Source of the DNA: a candidate division FCPU426 bacterium
GTDB taxonomy: Bacteria > Oederibacteriota > Muellerivitia > Muellerivitales > Muellerivitaceae
Assembly: GCA_963738405.1 (NCBI GenBank)
Contig: CAVTWJ010000010.1
Span: 32,001 to 96,000 of the forward strand
Length of the DNA: 64,000 bases
Direction: 5' to 3'
Part shown: positions 19,277 through 28,632 of the stretch, in pieces
Layout of the letters: every line of letters starts with the position of its first letter
How positions within the stretch are numbered: position 1 is the first letter of the stretch
Notes under the pieces: generated by a model
Database searches by the model: none
What the model saw: only the letters and a program-made list of their open reading frames with translations
What the model was told of the DNA's origin: nothing
Program-made: the position numbers and the translations under genes

Positions 19277-19374
19277 AGAAGGGGCCCCTGGCCTTTAAGA
19301 TTTGTTGAAAAACTCGGTTATCCTCTGTCGTGAATAATTCCCCTCATTAGGAACTTAGGTTCAAGGAGACTGTT

Positions 19375-20469
19375 TTGAAAATAGGTATTGTGGGTCTGCC
19401 CAACGTCGGCAAATCGACTCTTTTTAACGCCATCACCAAGTCCAAGGCTCCCGCGGAAAATTATCCCTTTTGCACCATCGAGCCCAATGTGGGGGTCGTG
19501 ACGGTGCCGGATGATCGAATCGACCATTTGGCCGAGATGGAAAAGAGCGGCAAGAGGGTCCCCGCCATTGTTGAGTTCGTGGATATCGCCGGGCTTGTCA
19601 AGGGCGCCGCCCAGGGCGAGGGCCTGGGGAACAAATTTCTCTCCCATATACGCGAAGTCGACGCCATCGCCATGGTAGTGCGATGCTTTGAAGACGCCAA
19701 TATTGTTCACGTCGAAGGCTCCATTGATCCCGTTCGGGATATTGAAATTATTTTGACCGAACTGTGTCTGGCGGACCTGGAAACGGTAGAAAAACGCCTG
19801 CAGAGAACGGAAAAGGGTAAAAAGGCCGGGGATAAGGAAGCCGTCGCCGAATGGGACCTATTTCAATCGGTTAAGAATATTCTCCAAGAAGGCAAGCCTG
19901 CTATTACGCTTACGGCTTCTCCCGAGGAAGAAAAAAAGTTAAAAGAATTAAGCCTTTTGACTCGAAAGCCTTTCCTTTATGTCGGCAATGTCGCAGAGGG
20001 TGACTTGATGGATGTTTCGAAGAATAAGCCGTTTGAGGCCCTTCAAAAGTACGCTGCCAGCCACCAGGCTTCCTGCCTCCCCATTTCAGCCAAAATTGAA
20101 TCCGAGGTGGCCGAATTGCCTGAGGAAGAGGCGGTTCAATTTTTGGCGGATTTGGGAATCAAGGAAAGAGGGCTTCACGCCATCATCCGCAAATCCTATG
20201 AGACTTTGGGGCTTATTTCCTTCTTCACCGCCGGACCCATGGAATCCAAGGCCTGGACCATCACCAAGGGCACTCTGGCGCCCCAAGCGGCTGGAAAGAT
20301 TCACTCGGAAATCGAGAGAGGCTTCATCAAGGCTGAGGTTTATTCTTATGAGGACCTTATCGCGGCGGGAACGTCCGTTAAGGCCAAGGAAGCGGGCAAA
20401 CTCCGAACCGAGGGCAAGGAATATGTCATGAAAGACGGGGATGTGGTGCATTTCAGGTTCAACGTTTAG
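19375..20469 (+). CDS. ychF: redox-regulated ATPase YchF
   Basis: [35 protein letters not shown]-terminal TGS domain; TTG start. Confidence 0.98.
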   Translation: MKIGIVGLPNVGKSTLFNAITKSKAPAENYPFCTIEPNVGVVTVPDDRIDHLAEMEKSGKRVPAIVEFVDIAGLVKGAAQGEGLGNKFLSHIREVDAIAMVVRCFEDANIVHVEGSIDPVRDIEIILTELCLADLETVEKRLQRTEKGKKAGDKEAVAEWDLFQSVKNILQEGKPAITLTASPEEEKKLKELSLLTRKPFLYVGNVAEGDLMDVSKNKPFEALQKYAASHQASCLPISAKIESEVAELPEEEAVQFLADLGIKERGLHAIIRKSYETLGLISFFTAGPMESKAWTITKGTLAPQAAGKIHSEIERGFIKAEVYSYEDLIAAGTSVKAKEAGKLRTEGKEYVMKDGDVVHFRFNV

Positions 20470-20477
20470 GGGTGAAA

Positions 20478-20987
20478 ATGAAAAAAATCCTTTTGGCCGT
20501 TGTCTTATTCGCTTTCGTTTCCAGTGCGCGCGCGGGAAACGACGCTTTGTCCCAGGCGAGTTCCGCGCCGCTGGGCGAGCGGGTGGCCAATTATTTGCAA
20601 ACGATGATGATGGTTAAGACTGCTATTTGGGAACAGAACCGCCCTGTGGACATGGATTACCGAGAGGAAATCCATATGGCGGTCAGCTACGAGCCTTCTG
20701 AAAAACTGATCGGCGTGTCCGTGATCGGCGTCCAGGATGATTCGAATTATGTAAAATCTCTTTTGGAGAGAATTCGCAAAACCATGCTTTCCTTCGATAA
20801 AAAGCTAAAGAACGATTATGGGGTCGAATTGACAGAGTCCGATTTTTCACTGGCTTACCTGAATGTCCGGTCCGGAAAAATCATCCTTCGGTTGAAGGAA
20901 ACGGAAGTGGGTGAACCGACACCCTCTGTAACTCCGGAAGCGGAGCCTCCCCAGACTCCCAACGCGTCGGCACCCCAGACCCCGTGA
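20478..20987 (+). CDS. exported hypothetical protein (paralog 1)
   Basis: Signal peptide ending ARA; shares GERVANYLQ with the next ORF. Confidence 0.7.
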   Translation: MKKILLAVVLFAFVSSARAGNDALSQASSAPLGERVANYLQTMMMVKTAIWEQNRPVDMDYREEIHMAVSYEPSEKLIGVSVIGVQDDSNYVKSLLERIRKTMLSFDKKLKNDYGVELTESDFSLAYLNVRSGKIILRLKETEVGEPTPSVTPEAEPPQTPNASAPQTP

Positions 20988-21493
20988 AAACTTTTAAATT
21001 TTTCTTGTTGGCGGGGGTGTTTCTCGCGATCGGAATGGCCCGCGCCGCCAATGACGATTTGGGTGCGTCGGACAGCGTTCCCGTCGGCGAAAGGGTGGCC
21101 AATTATCTTCAAATGATGGTGACGGCCACTACACAAGCCATGCCCTTGAAGCCCAAGGCCAAATACCCAAATCAGGAACAGGAGCCCATCCGGGCCGTCA
21201 TTATCTATAACCCGGATGAGGAAAGGCTGGATGTGACGCTGGTAGGAAGCTTGGAAAACACGGAAGCTGTAAAAGAAGATTTCGCTTTCATGCGCAGGTT
21301 GATTTTGGGTTTTAATAAGAAGTTGGACTATTACTACGAGGTCACGCTCTCGGATGATGATATCAACCTCGAATACCATAACGTTCCCAAGAACAAAACC
21401 ATCCTCAAGTATGAAAACGGCCTCTATACAACCCCCGAAAAGGGCAAAGAGGATGAAAAGAAAACCCCTGAAATTTCCGGTGAAAGACCTTAA
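20984..21493 (+). CDS. exported hypothetical protein (paralog 2)
   Basis: Signal peptide; GTGA overlap with paralog 1; shared motifs. Confidence 0.7.
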   Translation: MKTFKFFLLAGVFLAIGMARAANDDLGASDSVPVGERVANYLQMMVTATTQAMPLKPKAKYPNQEQEPIRAVIIYNPDEERLDVTLVGSLENTEAVKEDFAFMRRLILGFNKKLDYYYEVTLSDDDINLEYHNVPKNKTILKYENGLYTTPEKGKEDEKKTPEISGERP

Positions 21494-22175
21494 CTCCCTG
21501 CTGGGACGGTCCCTTATTCTTCTTGGCCTTCTTTTATCGCCTTACGTAGTACATTCCCAACAGCCCTCTATCGAGGCTTCTATGAAAAATTTGGCTACCA
21601 ATCCCCATTTTGTTGAAATCTCCCATTGGGAGGGCGTGACAGTCGATTTGAAATACGGTACTACGGACAATTTCACCCATAAGAACCTCTACGGCCCTTT
21701 TAAAAAATGCTATGTCCATAAAATCACCGCCGAAAAATTTAAGAAGGCAATCGAGTTTCTTCACGAAAACAATCCGGGTTACAAGTTCATCATCTTTGAC
21801 GCCCTCCGGCCCCGGTCGGTCCAGTGGAAACTCTGGAATGTGGTGAAGGGTACATCCCGGCAGAAATACGTGGCCGACCCCGAAAAGGGGTCCATGCACA
21901 ACTACGGCTTCGCCATGGACATCGGGCTTTTGGACCCAAAGGGGAAGCTGGTCGACATGGGGGCGCCCTTTGACGGGTTCACGCCCCTTTCCGAACCCCA
22001 GTTGGAAAGCCGCCTGCTCAAAGAGGGCAAACTCACCCAAAGGCAAATCGACCATCGGATGATTTTAAGGAAGGCCATGGTGTGGGCGGGTTTCCGCCAA
22101 CTGCGCCACGAATGGTGGCACTACGATGCCCTGACCGAAGAGCAGGTAAGGGGAAAGTACGAGATTGTGGAATAG
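21480..22175 (+). CDS. D-alanyl-D-alanine dipeptidase (M15D, VanX/DdpX-like), exported
   Basis: DALRP, SMHNYGFAMD (SxHxxGxAxD), EWWHY; GTG start inferred. Confidence 0.9.
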   Translation: MKDLNSLLGRSLILLGLLLSPYVVHSQQPSIEASMKNLATNPHFVEISHWEGVTVDLKYGTTDNFTHKNLYGPFKKCYVHKITAEKFKKAIEFLHENNPGYKFIIFDALRPRSVQWKLWNVVKGTSRQKYVADPEKGSMHNYGFAMDIGLLDPKGKLVDMGAPFDGFTPLSEPQLESRLLKEGKLTQRQIDHRMILRKAMVWAGFRQLRHEWWHYDALTEEQVRGKYEIVE

Positions 22176-22179
22176 AGTT

Positions 22180-24156
22180 TTAATGGCTGCTTGAGGGTTT
22201 TAAATCGTAAAGCTGAAGAATGATCCTGCCGGGTTGGTTCTTGAAGCCTCTCAAAATCGCCTTATGAGTAAAGGTTTTTGGATGTGGCGTTGGTCCCTCC
22301 CAAAGGGCTGAGTCCACCCTCTTTCCGTGCTTCTCCACCCACTTGGCGATCTCACTTTTTTTACCAGTCGTTTGGGGCAATAGGATGTAACGAAGTTTCC
22401 CTTCCCCCACCCTTTGCGCGAATTCATCCCTCGATAGGATTGGTTCCTTGCCCGTGTAACCGCCAACAGCCACCGCAGGTTCACAGGTTTGGATAATGAT
22501 GGGCGCGACCGTCTGGCAGTTAAGGGCCGCGACAAGATAAGTTTCATTCTTGCGGTGGGTTTTTAAGAAGGCTATGAGTTTGGGGAGATTAAAATCCGGT
22601 TCGTTGCTTTGGATTGTCGCCAAACTCTTGTCGCTGGTTAAAAGCCAAGGGCCGGCTATCACCGATGACGCCGAGCCTAATACTGGTGTTAAAGCCCAGA
22701 ATGCGGGGCAAATGAGTAGGGTCAATATCCCCAAACCGAAAGCGGCAACTTGGAATCGGCTGATAATAAGTCCCCCCAGTGATAAAGCCGTCCCGATTAA
22801 AAGGATCGGACAAAGCTGGGACGTCCAATCGGGATATTGGGAAAGGATAAAGGCCTGCCAGAGTGCAGTCGAACATAGGGCCAGAAGCAACGGCGCGCGG
22901 AAACCTTTTAAATAATCTTCCCATAAAGCTTTGGCCCCAACGCCCGTTAGGGCGGCCAAGGCCGGAACCAGCACCACCAGGTAATAGGGATGGACTTTCC
23001 CCCTCATGAAGCTGAAAACCGCCCCATAAAAGAACAGCCAGCCCAGCCAAAAGATCAGGAATGAATGTGGGGCAGATAGGGGAAAGGTTAATCGGGTGCG
23101 TCGTGCTTCGGCCCATAAACCCATAAGGGCTAGGGGCAGAAACCAGGCCATCTGCCCCGGCATATCCTTCAAGGCCAACCGAAAAAGCCCCGGTGTACCG
23201 CTGTTCAAGCCGCTCCAGTGGCGGGAAAGGGGTGGACGCGATGTGGAAACTTTTGAATCTTCTGAAGATGAATCTTTGAATTGAGCGTCGCCATTTCGAG
23301 AGATGGTTCTCCCGGAATTCCCTGAAATATCAGGCCTGTTTCGGGTTACCAACCTTTGAAACCCATTCCAGCCTAGGGAAAGGCCCATTTCGGAATTATC
23401 CAGGGTGCTTCCCACGAAGGGCCTCTGAGCGGCAGGGGTCAAGTCCACGGCGAAAGGCCAGGAAAAGGATACGGCCAATAGAATGAGAGTGCCGATGGTA
23501 AGGTCACTCCATTTGCGAAACCGGGAGAGGGAGGGACCGGCTAGGTAAACAAAATAAAAGACGGGAAGAACAACAAAAGCCGCCATCATCTTGGTATTGA
23601 ACCCAACTCCGACCAATGCCAGGGACAGGTAAAGAAGTTTTCGGTTTCCAGTTTCGATGGAACGGATGAGGGCCCAAGCTGCCAGGACCAGTATTAAGAC
23701 CAGGCAGGAATCGGTGTAGTTGTAGCGGTCTACCGCGACGCTCACAGGGGAAAGGGCTATGGCCAAGGCCGAAAACAGGGCGGCCCAAACGCCGAAACGG
23801 CTCCGGACGAGAAGGTAAATCACAACTAGGGTGCAGAGTCCTTCCAAAACCTGGGGAAGGATGAGGGAAAAGCCGCTGTAACCCAGAATTTTAGCGAAGG
23901 CGGTTTGAATCCAAAAGGCGACGGGGGGTTTATCGATACTTAAAAATCCAGCCGGATCAAAGGACGCGAAGAAGAAATTGTGCCAGTTCATGGTCATGCT
24001 TCGTACGGCCGCGGCGTAATAGAAGTTGCCGGTTCCGTTTTTATCCAGGTCCCATAGGCGTAGACTGGCACCCAACAGAAGAATGGAGGCGAAACCTATT
24101 GGCTCCAAAAATTTAGAAGGGAATATGTTTAGCGAATGGGAGGATGTTGGTTTCAT
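22180..24156 (-). CDS. GT-C membrane glycosyltransferase (family 39 / PMT-2 / ArnT-like)
   Basis: NFYYAAAVRSM, FFFASFDP, DKPP, GFNTKM, HPYY; many TM helices. Confidence 0.88.
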   Translation of the reverse strand: MKPTSSHSLNIFPSKFLEPIGFASILLLGASLRLWDLDKNGTGNFYYAAAVRSMTMNWHNFFFASFDPAGFLSIDKPPVAFWIQTAFAKILGYSGFSLILPQVLEGLCTLVVIYLLVRSRFGVWAALFSALAIALSPVSVAVDRYNYTDSCLVLILVLAAWALIRSIETGNRKLLYLSLALVGVGFNTKMMAAFVVLPVFYFVYLAGPSLSRFRKWSDLTIGTLILLAVSFSWPFAVDLTPAAQRPFVGSTLDNSEMGLSLGWNGFQRLVTRNRPDISGNSGRTISRNGDAQFKDSSSEDSKVSTSRPPLSRHWSGLNSGTPGLFRLALKDMPGQMAWFLPLALMGLWAEARRTRLTFPLSAPHSFLIFWLGWLFFYGAVFSFMRGKVHPYYLVVLVPALAALTGVGAKALWEDYLKGFRAPLLLALCSTALWQAFILSQYPDWTSQLCPILLIGTALSLGGLIISRFQVAAFGLGILTLLICPAFWALTPVLGSASSVIAGPWLLTSDKSLATIQSNEPDFNLPKLIAFLKTHRKNETYLVAALNCQTVAPIIIQTCEPAVAVGGYTGKEPILSRDEFAQRVGEGKLRYILLPQTTGKKSEIAKWVEKHGKRVDSALWEGPTPHPKTFTHKAILRGFKNQPGRIILQLYDLKPSSSH

Positions 24157-24239
24157 AGGAGTCTGGACAGAACAAGGTGTTTGCCCGGCTCAAGAGTAAT
24201 AAAAAGATAAGCCGGGATGGAGATGAGATTTAGGATGAT

Positions 24240-24560
24240 TTAAGCACGTATATCGATGCGTTTAGAGAGGGCTTCACCAAAGCCGGAGGGGCTGTCGTCC
24301 TCTTGTAAGGTCCCGTCTTTGTTGTATCGCTGAAGCCGCAAATCCTTGGGCTGGTCCTTCTTGTCCGTTTTACCGTCTGTTGAAATTTCACGAACGGTTT
24401 TGTCTTTCATTTCTTCGACTTTTTGGAGTTCAGCCAGTTCTTCCTCGGCTTGGGCGCGGGCCCTTTCGGCCTGGCGGTTTTTATTGGCTTCCGCTACCTG
24501 CTGGGCCAACATGGCGTTTTGAGCCTGGATTCTAAGAAAATCGTTTTGGATGTTCTTCAT
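24240..24560 (-). CDS. hypothetical coiled-coil protein
   Basis: AAGGA RBS; Gln/Glu-rich; ends IDIRA. Confidence 0.6.
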   Translation of the reverse strand: MKNIQNDFLRIQAQNAMLAQQVAEANKNRQAERARAQAEEELAELQKVEEMKDKTVREISTDGKTDKKDQPKDLRLQRYNKDGTLQEDDSPSGFGEALSKRIDIRA

Positions 24561-24580
24561 TGGCTCGATTCCTTAACTGA

Positions 24581-25219
24581 TTACAAATACATTTTAGAAG
24601 AGGGGCAAATCTTTGCCAAGGTACAGATACTACAGAGGGGTTTGCGGGCATCACAAACCTTGCGGCCATGCTGGATGAGACGATGTGATATCGTCAACCA
24701 TTCCTCTTTCGGCACGATTTTCACCAAATCCCGCTCAATTTTTACGGCATCCTGGTGCTTGGTCCACCCCAGGCGGTTGCTAAGCCGGGTCACGTGGGTA
24801 TCAACCGTGATTCCAACCGAAATGCCATAGACTTCCCCTAAAACCACATTGGCAGTTTTTCGCCCCACGCCGGGAATCAAGATGAGTTCTTCCATGGTTT
24901 TAGGGAGGTTCCCTCCGTGATGGGCCAAAAGGGCCTGGGCGCAGCCGATCAGATTTTTCGCCTTGTTCTTATAAAAACCAGTTGAATGGATGATTTTTTC
25001 CACGTCCTTCTGTTTCGCGGGAGCGAGTTTTTCGGGAGTGGGGAAGACCTTGAATAGCTCAGGCGTGACAATATTGACCCGCTCGTCGGTGCATTGAGCG
25101 GAAAGAATGACAGAGCAGAGCAACTGAAAAGGCGTTTTGTAATGTAGGAAACAGCGAACATCGGGATAGAGGCGTTTGAGCTCTTTGAGGACTCTGAGAA
25201 AATTTGAATTTGAAGCCAT
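24581..25219 (-). CDS. nth: endonuclease III
   Basis: LSAQCTD, HhH IPGVGRKTANVV, VDTHV, 4Fe-4S motif C-X6-C-X2-C-X5-C. Confidence 0.97.
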   Translation of the reverse strand: MASNSNFLRVLKELKRLYPDVRCFLHYKTPFQLLCSVILSAQCTDERVNIVTPELFKVFPTPEKLAPAKQKDVEKIIHSTGFYKNKAKNLIGCAQALLAHHGGNLPKTMEELILIPGVGRKTANVVLGEVYGISVGITVDTHVTRLSNRLGWTKHQDAVKIERDLVKIVPKEEWLTISHRLIQHGRKVCDARKPLCSICTLAKICPSSKMYL

Positions 25220-25325
25220 TGAGTTCCTTATGTTTTTGTCCGGTGGCCTTGTTACCCTTTTGGGCGGTTCCTATAATGACGCCCGCTCACCTTAACTTCC
25301 TCACAATAAGGACTACCCAAAGCCT

Positions 25326-26308
25326 ATGTCCATCATCGAAGTCGAGAATCTTTCGAAAATCTACCGAACAAGCAAGAAAAAGCCTGGAATCGGCGGGGCC
25401 ATTGAGGCCATGTTCAAGCGAGAATTCACCGAGGTTCGGGCGGTGGATGGAGTTTCCTTCACGATTGAGGAAGGCGAATTAGTTGGCTTTTTAGGGCCCA
25501 ATGGTGCGGGCAAGACTACAACGCTCAAGATGCTCTCCGGCATCCTTTATCCCACCACTGGAAGCGCGAAGGTGATGGGGTTCGTTCCCTCGGAGCGTAA
25601 AAATGAATACCGCCGCCAGTTCGCCCTGGTGATGGGCCAAAAGAACCAGCTTTGGTGGGATTTGCCGGCGCAGGAATCTCTCTACCTCAATAAAGAAATC
25701 TACGGTGTTGAGGACGAAGCTTACAAGCTGGTTCTTGATGAAATGACGGAGCTTACTACAGGTCAAAAAGCTTTTGGGAATCATGGTTCGCGAACTTTCA
25801 CTCGGGCGAGCGCATGAAGTTTGAGCTGATCGCGTCCCTTTTGCATCGCCCCCGTGTTCTGTTTCTGGACGAGCCAACTATCGGTCTGGACGTTGTGGCG
25901 CAAAAGAACATCCGGGAATTTATTAAAGAATATAACCGTAAGACCAAGACCACCATACTTCTGACCAGCCATTACATGAACGACATTCAGGCCCTGTGCG
26001 ACCGGGTGGTAGTGATCAATACCGGAAAGAAGATATTTGACGGCAGGCTGGATGAGGTGGTGGAGCGTTTTTCGCAGTTCAAGCTGATTACCGTGACGTT
26101 CGAGGATGGGGGAGTCTCTAAAGAACAACTGGAAGCTTTCGGCCAAGTGCAGGAACATTCACGGCATAAGGCGGTTTTAAGGGTGGCCAGGGAGTCGGTC
26201 AAAAAGGCTTCCAACGAACTTCTCAATCATTTTGATGTGGACGACATCAATATTGAGGAAGTTCCCATCGAGGAAGTGATTGAGAAAGTTTTCAAGATTG
26301 GCAGTTAA
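25326..26308 (+). pseudogene. ABC transporter ATP-binding protein with two +1 frameshifts (pseudogene or sequencing error)
   Basis: Walker A GPNGAGKT in 25326-25817; Walker B LFLDEPT and H-loop in 25814-26308; removing one base at ~25755 and one at ~25804 restores ELLQVKKLLGIMVRELSLGERMK. Confidence 0.85.
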
Positions 26309-26336
26309 TAACATCCGTAGCATTTAGGAAGAACCA

Positions 26337-27191
26337 TTGAGCACAGAAGCCGCAATTATCAAAGCCCGCTCTCCTCTGCATAAATACTGGGTTATTTTGT
26401 CCACCCGTACCCAGGAAGATATGGCCTATCGTTCTAATTACATCGTGGGTGTTGTTTTTCGTTTTCTTCCCCTGGTGACCACCATTTTCCTTTGGTACGC
26501 CATCTATCAAACCCGCAAGGCGGGGGGGGCGGCTCCCATCATTCGGGGCATGAGCTATGAGGATATGGTGGCCTATTACGCCCTGATGTACATCGCCAGG
26601 GGCTTTTCCAGTATGCCGGGGACCATGCGGGATATCAGCGTGGACATTAAAGACGGCCTTTTGAACCGCTATTTGACCCGGCCCATGGATTACCTTTGGT
26701 ACCAGGTCATGTACCGCTTGGCCCACAAGCTGGTCTTTTGGTACGTGGCCCTTTTTTCATTTCCACCCATTCTTTACCTGATGAGGGGCTATTTCACACA
26801 TTCCCCGACTCCCTGGGAATGGGCAGGTTTTGTGGTCTCGCTTTTCATCGCCTTCTGGATCGGCATGCTTTTTTGCTTCGTCATCGGCTCACTGGCCTTC
26901 TGGTTTCTTGAAATTTCCACTTTTCTCTTTGTGGTCATGACCATTGAGTTCTTTTTATCAGGCCATTTGATCCCTTTAAACCTTCTACCCCTATCCATTC
27001 AGTCCTGGGTTTCGAGTTCGCCTTTCGCTTACGAGGGATACTGGCCTTGTGTGATATTGATGGGCAAGGTACCTCAGGACCAACTGCTTCCTCTATTGGG
27101 AATGGGGTTTGTCTGGGTCGGCGTGTTTTACGCCGTAAGCCGTGTTCTTTGGAACATTGGGTTGAAACGCTATTCGGCGGTGGGCGGTTGA
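26337..27191 (+). CDS. ABC-2 family permease (DUF990-like)
   Basis: Multi-TM; DIKDGLLNRYLTRP, FLSGHLIPL. Confidence 0.88.
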   Translation: MSTEAAIIKARSPLHKYWVILSTRTQEDMAYRSNYIVGVVFRFLPLVTTIFLWYAIYQTRKAGGAAPIIRGMSYEDMVAYYALMYIARGFSSMPGTMRDISVDIKDGLLNRYLTRPMDYLWYQVMYRLAHKLVFWYVALFSFPPILYLMRGYFTHSPTPWEWAGFVVSLFIAFWIGMLFCFVIGSLAFWFLEISTFLFVVMTIEFFLSGHLIPLNLLPLSIQSWVSSSPFAYEGYWPCVILMGKVPQDQLLPLLGMGFVWVGVFYAVSRVLWNIGLKRYSAVGG

Positions 27192-27985
27192 AAGTCCTTC
27201 AAAGATATCTAAAGCTCACGCTTCTCATGATGAGGAACTGCCTGGTTCGGGAAATGCAGTTCAAGGTCAATTTTCTCGTAAGACTTTTCACCGAGGGCCT
27301 TTGGGTTTTGATGCAGTTGATCTATATCCAGGTCATGTACGGGCAGGCCCAGGACATCGGGGGATGGAACAAATGGGACATGGTCATATTGCTTGGAACC
27401 AACAACATCATCACTCAACTCTTCGAGGCCTTTTTTTACGACAACTGCATGCGCTTGACCGACCAGATTCGCCAGGGTGATTTGGATTTCAACCTGATCA
27501 AACCCATCAACAGCCAATTTTTGGTTTCTCTTCGCTACACCGATTACTCCTCGATCCTGACCAGTTTAGTGGGTTTTGCCATGATTGGATTCGGACTGCA
27601 CCGCCTGGGCATTGGAATAGGATTTGCCGAAGTCCTGCTTTTTCTGGCATTGGTGGTGAACAGCATCCTGATCTATTACGCGATGCTGTTTACCCTTTCG
27701 GTCTGGACCTTTTGGATCGGACGATCCAGCAACCTGTTGGAGCTTTATTGGCAGTTGGGACAGTTTTCGCGTTATCCCGGGGACATTTATCCCTGGCTTT
27801 TACGGCGGCTCTTGTTGACAGTTATCCCTATGTTGATTGTGTCGAATTTCCCCGCGGGAGTACTGATAAACAAGCTGGAAGGTGGATGGATTTACTATGG
27901 TTTCGCCATGGGGGCGGTCTTTTCCGCCTTTACGGTTTGGATTTGGCAGAGGGGATTAAAAAGATACCGAAGCGCCTCCTCATAA
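27188..27985 (+). CDS. ABC-2 family permease (DUF990-like)
   Basis: IRQGDLDFNLIKP, RYPGDIYP, GLKRYRSASS; TTG start overlaps the previous stop. Confidence 0.88.
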   Translation: MKVLQRYLKLTLLMMRNCLVREMQFKVNFLVRLFTEGLWVLMQLIYIQVMYGQAQDIGGWNKWDMVILLGTNNIITQLFEAFFYDNCMRLTDQIRQGDLDFNLIKPINSQFLVSLRYTDYSSILTSLVGFAMIGFGLHRLGIGIGFAEVLLFLALVVNSILIYYAMLFTLSVWTFWIGRSSNLLELYWQLGQFSRYPGDIYPWLLRRLLLTVIPMLIVSNFPAGVLINKLEGGWIYYGFAMGAVFSAFTVWIWQRGLKRYRSASS

Positions 27986-28016
27986 ATTTACGAGACCATT
28001 TAGTTCATGAACCGAT

Positions 28017-28050
28017 AAAAAAGCCCTGGAGAAATTTCTCCAGAGCTTTT
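28017..28050. terminator. bidirectional terminator
   Basis: AAAAAAGCCCTGGAGAAA/TTTCTCCAGAGCTTTT between convergent genes. Confidence 0.7.
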
Positions 28051-28071
28051 GTGCTTCTTGGGGGAGGAAAT

Positions 28072-28467
28072 TTAGTTCTTAGTCCCGCCTGTCGCTGTCG
28101 CATCCGCTTTCGTATCTGCCAGTTCCAGGTAATTGACACCCTTGGTCTTGACGATGGTTCCGGTCAGCTCAATGGTTTGTCCCGCCTTGTCCTTGATGAC
28201 ATTCCGGGCCGATTCGAAGCTTGAGTTTACAGGCATGTAAAGATTGCCTTTCGAATCCATCAGCCCCAAATCCGTGCCTTTCATGGCGCAGGACATGGCG
28301 CAGGCCGCATGCTTGTCCCCGTGCCCGCCCCCGTCCCCCAGCGCCGCGTGATGAGCCATGCATTTCATGCAGACCACCTCATATTTTTGTGTGGTATCTT
28401 CTGCGAAAACACTTCCAGCCGCCAACAGCAGGCTGAGAACCGACCCTAAAACCAAAGATCTTTTCAT
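28072..28467 (-). CDS. exported Cys/His-rich hypothetical protein (putative metal-binding)
   Basis: Signal peptide; CMKCMAHH...HAACAMSC; GGGGAGG RBS. Confidence 0.7.
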   Translation of the reverse strand: MKRSLVLGSVLSLLLAAGSVFAEDTTQKYEVVCMKCMAHHAALGDGGGHGDKHAACAMSCAMKGTDLGLMDSKGNLYMPVNSSFESARNVIKDKAGQTIELTGTIVKTKGVNYLELADTKADATATGGTKN

Positions 28468-28596
28468 TCATTTCCTCCCCAGTTGATTTACAGTCCCCCC
28501 CGAACAGGGCCGTTCTTATATATGACCTGATTGGGAGGAAAGTTACCAGTCCCCCGGCAAAAGAGATTCAAGACAAGGTCTATTTTCGAAATCCCT

Positions 28597-28626
28597 TTGC
28601 CCAGCGGGGCTTTCCTCCCCTAGAAT
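28597..28626 (+). promoter_or_regulatory. putative promoter directly abutting the cyclase start codon
   Basis: TTGCCC-N18-TAGAAT; ATG 6 nt later; no Shine-Dalgarno. Confidence 0.45.
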
Positions 28627-28632
28627 ACGCCC

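Noticed and set aside
21480..22175. Vancomycin-resistance cluster (VanX-like here, VanY-like at 50379-51155)
   Set aside because: The genes are 28 kb apart with no vanA/vanH/vanRS; most likely ordinary cell-wall peptidases
25740..25816. Programmed ribosomal frameshift in the ABC ATPase
   Set aside because: Two separate +1 shifts would be needed to keep the conserved segment, which fits error or decay better
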